64,000 nucleotides of DNA from Pseudovirgaria hyperparasitica (Eukaryota), in NCBI GenBank assembly GCA_010093815.1, contig ML996583.1; one strand, given 5' to 3'. Made by a program: the position numbers and the translations under genes. The notes beneath the pieces were generated by a model. The model saw only the letters and a list, made by a program, of their open reading frames with translations. It searched no databases and was not told the origin of the DNA. Shown here one piece after another: positions 50,278-64,000 of the stretch (position 1 is the stretch's first letter; each line of letters begins with the position of its first letter).

Positions 50278-50475
50278 GCGCCTAAAAACCTACCTAATTA
50301 TTAGTTAAGGGCTACCCTTAACTAATAATCCGGGCTAAGGTTTACCCGCGCCGAGAGGTTTACTAGGGGCGCATTTTTTTTATATTAAGGTCTTTCTTTT
50401 AGGCGTTCTTTATACGGTTTCTTACACGGTTACTATACTACTAAGGGTAGTAGTTCTACGGGCCGGGGAGGTATA

Positions 50476-50848
50476 TATAGAAGGCCGCTCCTATAGCTCT
50501 ATATGTATATGTCCCTAGCTCGATTATATAGCTTCATTATATATTTAAGGAGGGCGTTTTTCCTTAGTCATTCTACTCGGCGCGCTTCCCCCATCACTAA
50601 TATTCGACTATTCGACCTTTCCTTACGTTTATAGGCCTCTATAGGTATTAATTATTAGGCTTAGCTATTAAAGAATTGATTAAGAGTATTATATAGACCC
50701 GTCCTATCGTAAAAGAGAACTAATAAGAAGTCGTGCGTTCAAAGAGAACTTATAATATCTAGAAGAGATACTTGTGAGTTCGTCGCGACTACTATACTAG
50801 AAACATAGCCATTTACAAAAGGGACACACGTAGCGATGGCTCACCACA
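50476..50848 (+). repeat. 3' LTR of G2
   Basis: Ends GCTCACCACA, preceded by PPT GGGCCGGGGAGG. Confidence 0.95.
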
Positions 50849-51467
50849 ATATATAATTATAGATAATAGTCTCTAGTAGGGTTATTAGACCCTTTAGTAC
50901 TAGAGTTATAGATTTATATATAGATATAATAGATTAGGATATAAAGAATAATAAGGTAATAATTATATTACTCTTATTAATATATTAAGATCTTATTATA
51001 GGTCTTACTTTCTATAATATAGTAGTAGCTATATAGAGTTATCTATTATTATATTTTAACTATAATATAGGTAATTCTTTAATATATCTATTTAGATTAC
51101 TTACTAACCTCTACTATAAAGATAGAGAAGATATCTATGAATATATTAATAATTTCTATTATACCTAGATATGAATAGTAAAAAGATATACTACTTTATC
51201 TTATATAGTTATAAAAGTAATATATCTAATCTTTAAGTCTAAAGAGATTAAGAGCTTATTCTTTCTTATCTTATTATCTAATACTATAGACTATATTATT
51301 AATAATTTATTAACTCGAGATATATTATAATTTTAAGATATTAAGCTAAAGATACTTAATCTAGCTAAGAAATATAGTATTAAATCTAATACTACTAGCT
51401 ATAAGGTAAGCTATAAGGGTAAGTCTAGTTAGCCTTCTAAGTTAAAGAAGTCTAACTTCTTCTCTAC

Positions 51468-51707
51468 TATTAGGGCTAACACTAGAATAGACTTAACTAG
51501 ACTACTATAGTCTAGTACGGTCCGTGATAGGTGGACCTAGATTAAGTTAGCTAGAATAAGCGAGACTACTATATAAGTAGACCGTATATACTTAATTCCT
51601 ACTCTTTAGAAATTAATCTCGTTAGGAGAGTAGACTACCCTTTTAAATATATTTCTAAATCCTCCTATAATCTATTAGACTACTATCCTACGTCTATAAT
51701 CCTTATA
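51468..51707 (+). repeat. 5' LTR, type B
   Basis: TATTAGGGCTAACACTAG...CCTTATA (ex TG..CA); the same sequence restarts at 63911. Confidence 0.92.
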
Positions 51708-54700
51708 TTTTAATTTCTCTTTATATAGCACGACGGTAGTTTATAGAAATAGCTCTAACTACTCGTTATAATACTCGTGGTACTACCTCTTATAATAGAC
51801 CTTCTCCTAATCTAAACGAGGAGAATAGTCTATCTATAACTACCCCTACTAATAACTATATCTTATAGGCTATTATACCGATAACTTATATAATATTCCG
51901 TGTAACTATAGAAGATATTATAAAATATAAGGATAGAGTCTATTATACTCTATCTTGGTCTAGTTTAAACTATACTAGACCTAATCTTAATATAAGGCTA
52001 GACCTTATTAACGTTAACAAGTTAATCTATTAGAATTATCTAATATTAACTATACCTTATAATAATATATATACTAGACTACACGAAGAGAGATAATAAT
52101 AGGTTTAACTTAAGTAATAACTACGCGAACTCGACGAAGCTTAAGAATATACTATAAGACTTAAAGCTATATTATACGCTTTAGTTCTAGTAACGACTAA
52201 TCTATATTTATATAGACCTATACTAACTAAAATAATCTATCCTAGTCTACTACTATTCTAATTACTCTAACCTAAGAAACTACCTTACTTTAATAGTAAA
52301 AGTAGAAAGAGTTTCTATATATAGACTTACTAATATAGTTAATTCTTCTATCTATTCACGAACGATAGTAATAAAATTAGATTCGCCTAGAACTACCTTA
52401 ATCTAATACCTTTAGAACATTAGATAGTATACTAAATTAAATATTCTAAGGATACCTATAACTAGGACACGTTTACTAAATTTCTCCTCTAATATTTTAG
52501 TACTAGGGCTAAATAACGTAACTAGACCTAGAGCTATATCTTTAAGACTTAATAATAAGATAATTAGTTACTATTATAACTCCTTAAATACCTTCGGCCC
52601 CTCTAGAGAGAAGCCGAAGAAGATTATATAATTTAATAGTATGACAACTTTAAACGGTCCCTTACCCTAAATATAAAGGACCGTCTTAACCTTATAATAA
52701 TAATCTCTATAGATCTCTAAGCTCTTATAAACCTCGTAGAGTAATACTAGTATATAATAAATAATTAACGCCGCGCTAGTATACGACTATCCCTAATAAT
52801 CTAATCTAATATAAAATCGTCTAACTAAAACTAATTTAGTAATAGATCTCGCGGGACGTTATAAGGCTACTACTATACCTTAAATTTAAAACCACGCGGA
52901 TTATATCGTGGGTCTCCCTACTAATTAATATATTAAGATATAAGGACCGACTTATATAAATAACCTAAAGTTACTTACTATACCTATAGTAGAATAGGCT
53001 ATATAGTATCTAAGTACTATTTAGAGAAGCTACTAAGTACTAATATAACTAACTAACTAGTTATATACTATAAGTGCTAGTAGCTAGAATATATCGCGTC
53101 TAACTACCTAGTATAGAATATAAAAAACTAATAGCCTATAAGAAACCCTCGCGACTTATAGATATAACTATAATAGAGGGGTAATCCGCTAAATAGTATA
53201 TTAAACTATAGACTAGATCTATTAAGGTCCCTTATAGATAATATTAGACTATAATACTTAATAGTAGGTCGGCTACTAATATTATATTAACCTAACGAGC
53301 ACGAGAACTTAACGCTAATATCTAAGCTCTAATAGATACTATATTCTATAGTATCGATAGTCCTATTAAGTTATACGGCACCTATACTATTAAATATAGT
53401 ATCTAGAATAGCGGAGGGAAATAGAAACTCTACTACTTAACCTTTATTATAGTAGATAGTCCCTTTAATATAATTCTAGGTATACTATAGCTTAAGAAAT
53501 ATAATCTAAAACTAGACTTCCTTAAGAAGATAGCTAGCTAGCGTATAAATCTACCTTAATAGGAACTAGTATAGCTTATAGATAATAAATAATTCTAGAA
53601 AGATTATAAGAAGATAATCTCTACTATCTACATACTCTTACTTACGTAAAATAGTAAGCTTAGTATTAAAGTAGATAAAAACCTACTATATTAGTATAAA
53701 ATATACTAATATATCGCGTTAGCGATCGATTCCTCTAAACTACCTTAATACTAATCTACTAACCTTACTATTAATCTTAAAGACGGCTAGTAACCTCTAT
53801 ATAGACCTATCTACCCTCTTTTAGAATCTAAGTTATAAGCCCTTTAAGAATATATTAAAAAGAACCTTATCTAAGGATAGATTAGGCCTAGTATATCCCT
53901 AGCCGGAGCTCTAATCATCTTTATAAAGAAGAAGGATAGGAGCCTCTATCTATATATTAACTATTATAGTCTAAATAATATTACGCGAAAGAATTATTAC
54001 CTACTACCTCTTATCTCCGAGTCTATTAATAGACTAGAACGCGTAAAGATCTTTACTAAGCTTAATCTATATAATATCTACTATCGCCTTTATATTAAGA
54101 AGGGTAACGAATGGAAAACGGCTTTTAGAACCCGTTATAGATACTTTAAGTATACTATAGTCCCTTTTAGACTAACTAACACGCTAGATACCTTCTAAGT
54201 ATATATTAATAACGCGCTAGTAGGCCTACTTAATATAATATATATTATATACCTAGATAATATCCTTATCTTCTTATATAACGAGAAGGAGTATATCTAG
54301 TACGTATATATAGTTCTAGATAGGCTAGAAAAGTATAAGCTATATATTAAGCTATCTAAATGCGAGTTCTATTAGGACCATATTAACTTTCTTAGCTTTA
54401 TTATTACTAATTAAGGTATAACTATAGAGAGAGATAGAGTTACTACTATTATAGACTAGTCTAAACTAAAATCCGTTTAAGATATACGTGTCTTTATTAG
54501 CTTTACTAACTACTACTAAAAATTTATTAAACACTTCTCCTATTTAGCCGTACTACTTAATATATATACTACTACTACTAACTCGTCTATTACGGTCCGT
54601 AGTAGATAGAAATAGCGTAATATTAAATTATAATCTATTAAATTAACTAAGGTCGAAAGAATATCCTTCGAGAAGATTAAAGAAGTATTTATAACCACTC

Positions 54701-56083
54701 TATTACTAGTATACTTTAATCTAACTAAACCTATTTACGTTAAAACTAATATATTAGAATTTATAATCTTAGGTATACTCTTCTAGCCTAGACTAATAGA
54801 GTCTAAAAAGGTCTAATAGTATCTAGTTACGTTCTTCTCGCGTAAGATAGCTAATATTAAGACTAGATATACTATTTATAACTAAGAGCTACTAGTAATA
54901 GTAGAGTTATTTAAGTAGTGGCGATATTATCTTAAAGGTACTATATATAACGTTAAGTTACTAACTAATTACTATAACTTAAAGGGGTTTATAAGTATAA
55001 TAGTTTTAAATCGTTAATAGATTTAATAGGCTAAGTAGCTTATAAATTTCTACTTTATAATCTACTATTAACCTAGAAGTATAAATCTAGCTAATAGAAT
55101 ATTAAGAAGACCTAACTATAAAGAAGGCGCCTAGAATTATAGTAGCTATAGGGTTCTAGAGTAGCTATAGACCTAACTCTTAAGGATAAGATTAGATAAT
55201 AAGTTATCTAATAATTAGCGAGATACTAACGCTAATACTAGTAATTAAATTTATAAGACCGAAGCCGGTAACTAAAGACGTAGTACCGAAGTCCCTAGCG
55301 AGCTATTTATCAGCGCTATTAGAGAAGGCGATAGTACCTAGCGTATATATTAAGTAGACCTCGCCTAGTTAATCGTAGATCTATAAAAGATAGACCTAAT
55401 AGTTTTAAAGTTACGTAAAATATAGTAAGATAGATTATTATAGACTAAAGTAGACTATAAGTAGACCTTTATAGACGGCTTACTCTACTATAATAGAAAG
55501 TACTATATACTAATAGATAACGTATAATTTACTATAGTTAGCCGATACTATAATGCTAACCTAGTAGGATATTTCGGGTATATACGCACCCTAAGCTTAA
55601 TTTATTAGTACTATTTTTAGAAAGATATACCTAAGTACATTAAAGAATAGATAGCTACTTATCTAATTTATTAAAGAATAAAGATACCTAGGCATAAGCC
55701 ATATAGGAACTTATAGCCTCTACTAGTCCCCCTCTTTATATAGAAAGATATTACTATAGATTTTATAGTTAACTTACCTCTAAGCGAGATGCTTAGAATA
55801 AGTTATAATTTAATTCTTATTATTATAGATAGACTTATAAAGATATCTAGGTATATCCCTATATAGAAGATAATTATATTAAAAGAACTAGTATAAGTAT
55901 TCTAGAATAATATTATTAAGGTCTATAGTATACTAAAAAGAATCGTTATAGACCAAGAGAGTATATTCACGTCTAAATTCTAGACGTTATTCTATAAAAT
56001 AGCCGGTATAAATAGAAATATATTAATAGTATTCTATCTATAAATAGATAGTTAGATAGAGTAATAGAACTAAACGCTTAAGA
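51468..56083 (+). mobile_element. Chromovirus-family copy A2 (type B LTR), 5' part, interrupted in integrase
   Basis: Type B LTR at 51468-51707. Gag-pol is homologous to 56380-60745 but diverged, with RT YLD(N/D)ILI at ~54251. It breaks at the integrase segment (Q)TDG(Q).E.(Q)N(Q)TL at 56083. Confidence 0.9.
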
Positions 56084-56141
56084 TGTTAGGCACGTGAGGA
56101 GCACGTGGCCTGCTAGTTGATTATATATGTATGTAGTAGTC
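56084..56141 (+). repeat. 58-bp stub, probable 5' end of an LTR from a third element
   Basis: Starts TGTTAGG exactly where A2 integrase breaks, is unrelated to the A internal sequence, and is cut by the type A LTR at 56142. Confidence 0.6.
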
Positions 56142-59100
56142 TATTAGGACGGGAACCACAACGGACCTATGTAGACTATTCTAATCCATGCAGCCACGTA
56201 GTGGCCAGAGCTAGGTTAAGTTAGCTAAGTTAAGCGAGGTTACTATATAAGTGGACCGTATAAACCGATTCCTACTCGTTAGGAATTAACCTCGTATAAG
56301 AGTAAGATTACTCTATAAATATATTCCTATATCTCTCTATGAACTATTAGACTACTATCCCACGTCTTCACTCTTTATATTTTAATTCCTCTCTATATAG
56401 TATAACGGTAGCTTATAGAGATAGCTCCTACTACGCGCTATAATACCCGTGGTACTACCTTATACGAGAGACTCTCTCTAAATCTAAACGAAGAGAATAG
56501 TCTCCCTACGACCACCTCCACCGATAAGTATACCCTATAGGCTATTACACTAATAACTAGTACGGTATTCCGTATAACTATAGAAGATTACCTAGATAAT
56601 AAGGAAGGAGTCTATTATACTCTATCGCGGTCTAGTTCATACTATACTAGACCTATCCTTACTATAAGACTAGACCCTATTAACGTTAACGAATTAATTC
56701 GTTAGAACTAACTAACGTTAACCACGCCTTATAATAACGTATATACTAAGCTATACACGGAGAGGTAGTATTAGGCTTAGCTCGAGTAGTAACTTCGCGA
56801 ACTTAATAAAGCGTAAGAACGAACCACTAGACTCGAAGCCGTACTACGCGCTTTAGTACTAGTAGTAACTAATCTATACTAATATGGATTAACTTAAGCC
56901 GAAACAGTCTAACTAAGTCTATTACTATCCTAGTTATCTCGGCCTAAGAAACCACCTTACTTTAACGGTAAAACCAGGAGGAGCTTTTATAAATAGGCTT
57001 ACTAGTATAGCCGATTCTTCCACCTATTCACGAACGATAGTAATAAGATTAGGTTCGTATAGAACTACCTAGACCTAACGCCATCTAAACGTTAGATAGC
57101 ACATCGAATTAAATACCCTAAGGATGCGTATAACTAGGACACGTTTACCGAATTCCTTCTTTAATGCTTCGGCGATAGAGCCGAGCGACGCGAATAGGCT
57201 TAGAGCTATATCTTTAAGACTTAATAGCGAGAGAGATAATCCCCGTTATAACTCCTCGAATACCTCCGACCTCTTTAGAGAGAAGCCGAGGAAGATTATA
57301 TAGTTTAATAATACGACGACTTTAAAAGGTCCCTTAACCCGAGCGTAAAGGAACGCATCGACCTTATAACGTCTACCCCTACTAACCTTTAGGCACTCGC
57401 GAATCTCGTAGAATAATATTAGCGTATAATGAATAACTAACGTTATATAGACGTACGACTATCCCTATTAATCTAATCTAATATAAAATCGTCTAAAGAG
57501 GACCGGTTTAGTAATAGATCACGCGGAACACCTCGTGGGCGCTACCACTCTATAAACTCGAGAAGATAAGGCCTATACCGCGGATCTTTCTACTAGTCGA
57601 TATATTAAGACGCGAGAAACGACTTATATAAACGACCTAAAGTTACCTACTATACCTATAGTAGAATAGGCCATATAGCACCCGAGTACCGCTTAGGGAA
57701 ACTACCGAATACTAATATAGATACTAAGTTAGTCATATACTATAAGTGCTAGTAGCTAGGATATATCGCGCCTAACTACCCGGTATACGATATAAAAAAC
57801 TAACTACCTATAAGGAACCCTCGCGACTTATAGGCGTAACTAAAATAGAGGGATAATTAGCCAACTAGTATATTAAACTATAGGCTAGGTCTATCAAGGT
57901 CCCTCGTGGATAATATTAGACCGTAATACTCGATAGCGGTTTAGCTACTAACGTTATATCGACTTAACGAGCACGAGAACTTAACGTCGACATTTAAGTA
58001 CTAATAGATACTACCTTCTATAGTATCGACGGTCCTATTAAATCGTAGGGTACCTATACTATTAAATACGGCATCTAGGATAGCGGGGGGAAGTGGAAAC
58101 CCTACTATTTAACCTTTATCGTGGTAGACAGTCCCTTTAATATAATCCTCGGTATACCGTGGCTCGAAAAATATAACCCGAAACTAGACTTTATCTAGAA
58201 AACAGCTGGCTGGCGCATGTACCTACTATAATAGAACCTAGTATAGCTAGTCAACGACGAATAATTCCAGAAGGACTACGAAAAGGTAATCTCCGCTATC
58301 TATGTCCTCTTACTTACTTAAAATAGAGAGCTTAGTATTAAAGTAGACGAAAACCTACTATATTAGTATAAAATATACTAACATGTCGTATTAGCGATCG
58401 ACTCGTCCGAATTACCTTAATACTAATCTACTAACCTTACTATTAACCTCGAAGACGGTTAATAACCCCTACATGGACCCATCTACCCTCTATTAGAACC
58501 CGAGCTATAGGTCCTCTAAGAATATATTAAAAAGAACCTTACGCGAGGATAGATTAGGCCTAGTATATCCCTAGCCGGAGCTCTAATCCTCTTTATAAAG
58601 AAGAAGGATAGGAGTCTCCGTCTATGTATCAACTACTATAGCCTAAATAATATTACGCGAAAGAATCGTTACCTACTACCTCTTATCTCTAAGTCTATTA
58701 ATAGACTAGGGCGTATAAAGATCTTTACTAAGCTCGATCTACGTGACGTCTACTACCGCCTACGTATTAAGAAGGGCGATAAGTGGAAAACGGCGTTTAG
58801 GACCCGTTATAGATACTTTAAGTATATAGTAGTCCCTTTTGGACTAACTAACGCGCTAGGAACCTTCTAAGCGTATATTAATAACGCGCTAGTAGGCCTA
58901 CTCGATACGACGTGCATTATATACCTCGATAATATCCTTATCTTCTCTAATAACGAAGAAGAACATATCTAGCACGTACGCGTAGTCCTAGATAGGCTAG
59001 AAAAATATAAGCTATATATTAAGCTATCTAAATGCGAGTTCCACTAGGACCACGTTAACTTCCTTAGCTTTATTATTACTAATTAAGGTGTAACTATAGA

Positions 59101-62100
59101 AAGGGACAGGGTCGCTACTATCGTGGACTAGCCTAAACTAAAATCGGTTTAAGATATACGTGTCTTTATCAGATTCGCTAATTACTACTAAAAATTCGTT
59201 AAGTATTTCTCCCGGCTAGCAGTACCGCTTAACGCGTATACTACTACTATAGATTCGTCTATTATGGTCCGCGGTAGATAGAAATAGTATAATATTAAAT
59301 TATAGCCTATAGAATTATCGGAAGGCGAAAGGGCCTCCTTTAAGAAAATCAAAGAGGTATTTATAACTACCCTATTACTAGTATACTTCGACCTAACTAA
59401 ACCTATCCGCGTCGAAACCGACGCGTTAGGATTTATAATCTTAGGTATTCTCTTCTAGCCTAGACTAACTAAGTCTAAAAAGGTCTAATAGTATCTAGTT
59501 ACGTTCTTCTCACGTAAAATGGTTAATATTAAGACTAGATATACTATCTATAACTAAGAGCTACTAGTAATAGTAGAGTCATTTAAATAGTAGCAATATT
59601 ATCTTAAAGATACCATATATAACGTCAAGTTACTAACTAATTACTATAACTTAAAGGGGTTTATAAGTATAATAGTTTTAAACCATTAATAGGTCTAATA
59701 GACTAAGTAGCTTACGAACTTTTACTTTATAATCTACTATTAACCTAGAAGTATAAACCTAGCTAATAGAATATTAAGAAGACCTAACTATAAAGAAGGC
59801 GCCTAGAATTATAGTAGCCATAGAGTCCTAGAGTAGCTATAGGCCTAACTCTTAAGGACGAGGTTAGATTTTAAGTTATTAGGCGATTAGCGAGATGCTA
59901 ACGTCGATGCTAGTAATCGAATCTCTAAGACCGAAGCCGGTAACTAAAGACGCGGTACCGAAGTCCCTAGTAGGCCGTTTATTAGTACTATCGGGAAGGG
60001 CGATAATGCCCGGCGTAAATATCTAATTAACCTCGCCTAGTTAATCGTAGATCTATAGAAGATAGACCCGATAGTTTTAAAGTTACGTAAAATATAGTAA
60101 GATAGGTTATTATAGACTAAAGTGGACTATAAGTAGACCTTCGTGGACGGCTTGCTTTACTATAATAGAAAGTACTATATACCGATAGGTAACGCGCGAT
60201 TTAACGTAGTTAGCCGATACTATAACGCTAACCTAGTAGAATACTTTGGGTATATACGTACCCTAAGCTTAATTCGTTAGTACTATTTTTAGGAAGATAT
60301 ACCTAAGTACGTCGAAGAATAGATAGCTACTTATCTAATTTATCAAAGAACGAAGGCCCCTAGGCACAAGCCATATAGAAATTTATAGTCTCTTTTAGCC
60401 CCCCTCTTTATATAGGAAGACGTTACTATGAACTTTATAGTTAACTTACCTCCAAGCGAGATACTTAGAATAAGTTATAATTCTATTCTTATTATCGTGG
60501 ATAGACTTATAAAGATATCTAGGTATATCCCGGTATAGAAGACGATTATATCCAAAGAACTAGCGTAGGTATTCTAGAACGAGATTATTAAGGTCTATAG
60601 TATACTAAAAAGGATCGTTACGGACCGAGGAAGTACCTTCACATCCAAATTCTAGACGTTATTCTACGAAATAGTAAGCATGAATAGAAATATATCTATA
60701 GTATTTCATTCTTAGACGGATGGCTAGATAGAGCGATAGAACCAGACGCTTAAGGCCTATCTACGTATATTCTATAATTTCGAGCAGGACGACTAGGCCT
60801 CCCTACTAAGTATAGTAGAGTTCGTATATAATAATAGTCGTTATAGTACGATAGATATTATACCTTTCTAGGCGAACCTCGGACGTAGTCTAAGGATAGG
60901 TTTTAAGCCTTAGACGGTCTAATTTAATCGAATAATAGACGTGAACGTCCACGCTTAGAAATTAGCGATTAAAATCTTCGAAACCGTACATAACTATCGC
61001 GCTATAATCTAATAAGTAAACGACTCGTATATAAATTACTATAATAGGTTAGCTAAGGATTAGACGTACGAGGAGGGCGACGAGGTTCTTCTTAACGTCT
61101 ATAATATACGAACGTCGTAAGTAAATAAGAAGCTCGATTATAAAATGGCTAGTCCCTTCCGAATCAAACGTCGTATCGGTATAAGAGTCTACGAGCTCGA
61201 CTTAGAAAGCGATATAAGAATCCATAACGTGTTCTATGTCTTACTACTCGAAAGATTTCGACCTAACGTATATGGCCGCACAAACGTGTAGTTATACTCT
61301 ATTATACTCTAAGATAGACTAGACGTGTTCGAAGTAGACTATATTATCGAACATAGGATTAATAAAGACGGTGTTTAGAAATATAGAATCCGTTAGAAGG
61401 ACTACACTAAGGACGAGGACACCTAGGAACTAGTAGTATATATCTTAAGTTCTATAATGGCTGCGTATAAGTAAAAGATGTAGAATAGCGTATTATTAAT
61501 ATAAGTATAGCGACGTTATAGTCGTCGTAAAAAGAAGAAGGATGCCGTAGAGAACGAAGTGCTAAACTAGGAAATCTAGACGCGCACTGGGAAAACTCTA
61601 TATAGTAGCCCTATAATTTAAGCGTCGCACGGTTACTAGACGCGAAGAAAGTATAAATAACCATTTTAGGAACGCGACGCGATATACCATAATAGAATAA
61701 TATAGAAGAGTCTAGAATGGACTAACATGGACCATTATACACGAGAAAAACATGGGACTAAGAACCTAAAAAAAGGTACCCTACTATAGAATTAAACTCT
61801 TAACACGAAATATAAAAGGTTAGAGTACCCGAACTAATAACTACTAGGCTACTAGTTCGGGTGCTCTAATAGAATTTATAGAGATAAACTAATTTATATA
61901 TGGTGCCCACACTTAGGTGACTTAAGGAAAATTAGAATATAGAAACTAATAGTTATAAGCTAAGCGAGCGTATATATAATATTATTAAGTTAAGAATTAA
62001 ATTACTAGAAACTGGCCAACAGGTATCTAAACGGTCTAAAAAGGACTAAAATGGATAGAAACTAGGTAGATAGAGCTAATATATACTATATAGAAACCCT

Positions 62101-62119
62101 AGTAAATAGAGCCATAGAG

Positions 62120-63423
62120 CTACTCCTCTATCTTATTATTACTCTTAGAGCGTAGTAAATAAACTAACTAAGTAATAGAGCGACGGAGGTTAGAGACCTT
62201 ATCCTCTAGAGTAACTACGCGCTCGGTTAGAGTCTAGTAAGATAATAACTAAGCGCTAGAGCGGAGCGACTAGACCTAAAGTTAGCTAATACGGTCTAGA
62301 ATAATCTAGAATAGAATATATACCCTCTTACGAGGTAACTTAGAAGGAGAACTAGTAGATCTTTTATAAGACCCGTTAGTAGCACGAGACGGGTAGAAAG
62401 AAATAGTATAAATCTCTTCTACGGCCTTAGTAGCTAAAACTAACTCCCTAGAATAGATAGCCTAAGCGCTAGAAATCTCGCGGCGACTAAAAATTATAAG
62501 CTAAGGTTAATAATAATTAATAGTTTCTAAACTTATACTTTAATAACCTCTAGGAAGAGCTTATAGCGCTCTCTAAACTCTCTATATATAGAAGCTAGAT
62601 AACTACTAGAACTACCGAGAGTCTCACGGACACGAAGATCGTTATATATATTTTATATATAAATAGAAACCTAAAAACGCATTAGCATGGACGACTTTAG
62701 ATTACCCTAGACTAAAATAGTCTAATAGACTTACCTAAAGATAAACTTTACTAAGGATAGTATAGTAGTAGTAGCGGGTAGAGAGCTTAAAGATTAGATA
62801 TATAGATCTATTATAGTTAGTAGAGTAGTAGCTAATACTAGAGTTAGAGCGGAAGAGATATTTAGAGCTAGTTATATAAGCCTTAATATACTTAAAGTAT
62901 ATTAAACTATAGTTCGCCGTTTTCCTATAGCTAAACCGCGACTATATTTAGTATCTTTAGTAATCTAGGCCTTATTATTACTAGAGCTAGATTTAGAGTA
63001 AATATTAAGGTCCTAAAAGGACCTAGAGTAACTAAGTTAGTCTATATTAGACCGAAAAGAGGAATGGCGTTTAGAGCGAGGCGGCGAAGGTATAAACTCT
63101 TAATTATTATCTATAATAAGATCTTCTTTATCCTCTAAAGGAGTTAGAGTAGATAGATAGCGCGAGTAGATATAGATAGACTTTATAGCTACCTCTTCTA
63201 TAATACTAGTACTAGAATTACCTAGATTAGAGCGACTAGTAGCTACGTTAGTAGTAATAGTAGTAGTAGTCTTAGCTACCTTCTTCTCTAACTTAGAGCG
63301 CGCCTTTATACTACTATAATAAGTAGATTTTTTAGCTAGTATAGCCGGGGTAGAGGTAATCTCTTTAGAGCGAGTCTTACGAGAGGAGGAGATAGACTTA
63401 GAAATAGAACTAGTATTAGATAT
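62120..63423 (-). pseudogene. RIP-degraded antisense multi-intron gene, type B copy
   Basis: Introns on the minus strand at 63612-63424 (189 nt) and 62734-62671 (64 nt) have the same lengths as in A1; a further intron at 62323-62276 ends GCTAACTTTAG. The last exon reads LTERVVTLEDKVSNLRRSIT (coiled-coil-like). Confidence 0.7.
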
Positions 63424-63910
63424 CTATATATACACGTTAGCTAGAGATCTAAGAGTAGAATACTTATTTAGCCTTAAAGATAATTAAAGAAGCTAAATTA
63501 GTAACTATAATAACGCGAATAGATTATATAGAACTAGCTCTAATAAAAATAGACTACTCTAGACCCGAACGGATCTAAACTAAAGGAGATAGTATATAAA
63601 TTAATAACTTACCTTAAGAGTAAGGTAGATATACTAGAGAAGAAAATTTAGAATAAGAGAACTAAATATAAGCTTAGTTAATATAGTAGTTATATAACCT
63701 ACGGAGCTATCTCTAAGGTAGTAGCTAGAAAGTAAGAGATAAGCGCGTATATAAATAAAAGTAAACTAGAGCTAAAGTTTACTAATATAAAGGCTATTAA
63801 TAACGTTATATAGATTTAATTAGATATATATATAAATATAACGCTTATAGAATTATAGATTTATATATAGCTAAGTACTTTAGGGCGAAGCATAAAAGGA
63901 AGAAGAATAT

Positions 63911-64000
63911 TATTAGGGCTAATACTAGAATAGACTTAACTAGACTACTATAGTCTAGTATAGTCCGTGATAGGTGGACCTAGGTTAAGTTAGCTAGAAT
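63911..64000 (+). repeat. 3' LTR, type B (truncated by the window end)
   Basis: Matches 51468-51557 apart from transitions; preceded by PPT AAAAGGAAGAAGAA. Confidence 0.92.

Larger units (their letters stand above)
39408..50848 (+). mobile_element. Full-length 11.4-kb Ty3/Gypsy LTR retrotransposon G2 (no chromodomain seen), RIP-inactivated, with an extra 3' ORF
   Basis: 373-bp LTRs at 39408-39780 and 50476-50848; flanking duplication ATATAT (39402-39407 and 50849-50854); G-rich PPT at ~50460-50471. Domain order is PR-RT-RH-IN. Confidence 0.95.
30960..64000. other. AT-rich, RIP-mutated transposon block
   Basis: Abrupt loss of long ORFs, pervasive TpA and scarce CpA/TpG. Repeat copies differ mainly by C>T and G>A transitions, e.g. 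LTR ends TG..CA read as TA..TA. Confidence 0.96.
56142..64000 (+). mobile_element. Chromovirus copy A3, chimeric (type A 5' LTR and body, type B 3' region and LTR); extends past the window
   Basis: Type A LTR at 56142-56379; degraded CCHC knuckle ~57645-57690; protease ILDSG ~57926; RT YLD(N/D)ILI ~58922; RNase H VETDA ~59411; integrase IVTDRG ~60614; chromodomain FEVD..Y.IR(W)KDY..DEDT(W)E ~61328-61430; PPT ~63894-63907; type B LTR from 63911. Confidence 0.92.

Overview
Filamentous ascomycete (Pezizomycotina-type) genomic DNA with two compartments. Positions 1 to ~30,950 are GC-balanced and gene-rich, with short GT-AG introns. They hold RPA1 (5'-truncated), a zeta-crystallin/PIG3-like quinone oxidoreductase, a secreted trypsin, a long-chain alcohol oxidase, an OTT_1508-like deaminase-MYND fusion, a HET-domain gene, an epoxide hydrolase, a Zn2Cys6 transcription factor and several hypothetical proteins. 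Positions ~30,960 to 64,000 are an AT-rich block of nested Ty3/Gypsy LTR retrotransposons degraded by repeat-induced point mutation (RIP). The block contains a full chromovirus copy (31253-39175, minus, TSD TATAC), an unrelated 11.4-kb Gypsy element (39408-50848, plus), and a nested, chimeric set of chromovirus copies (51468 to the window end). The two most notable observations are cargo genes inside the retrotransposons: a ~980-codon sense ORF ending in a PhyH-like 2OG-Fe(II) dioxygenase domain, and an antisense, multi-intron, Cys-rich gene conserved in two chromovirus subfamilies. All family calls come from manual motif recognition; no database search was run.
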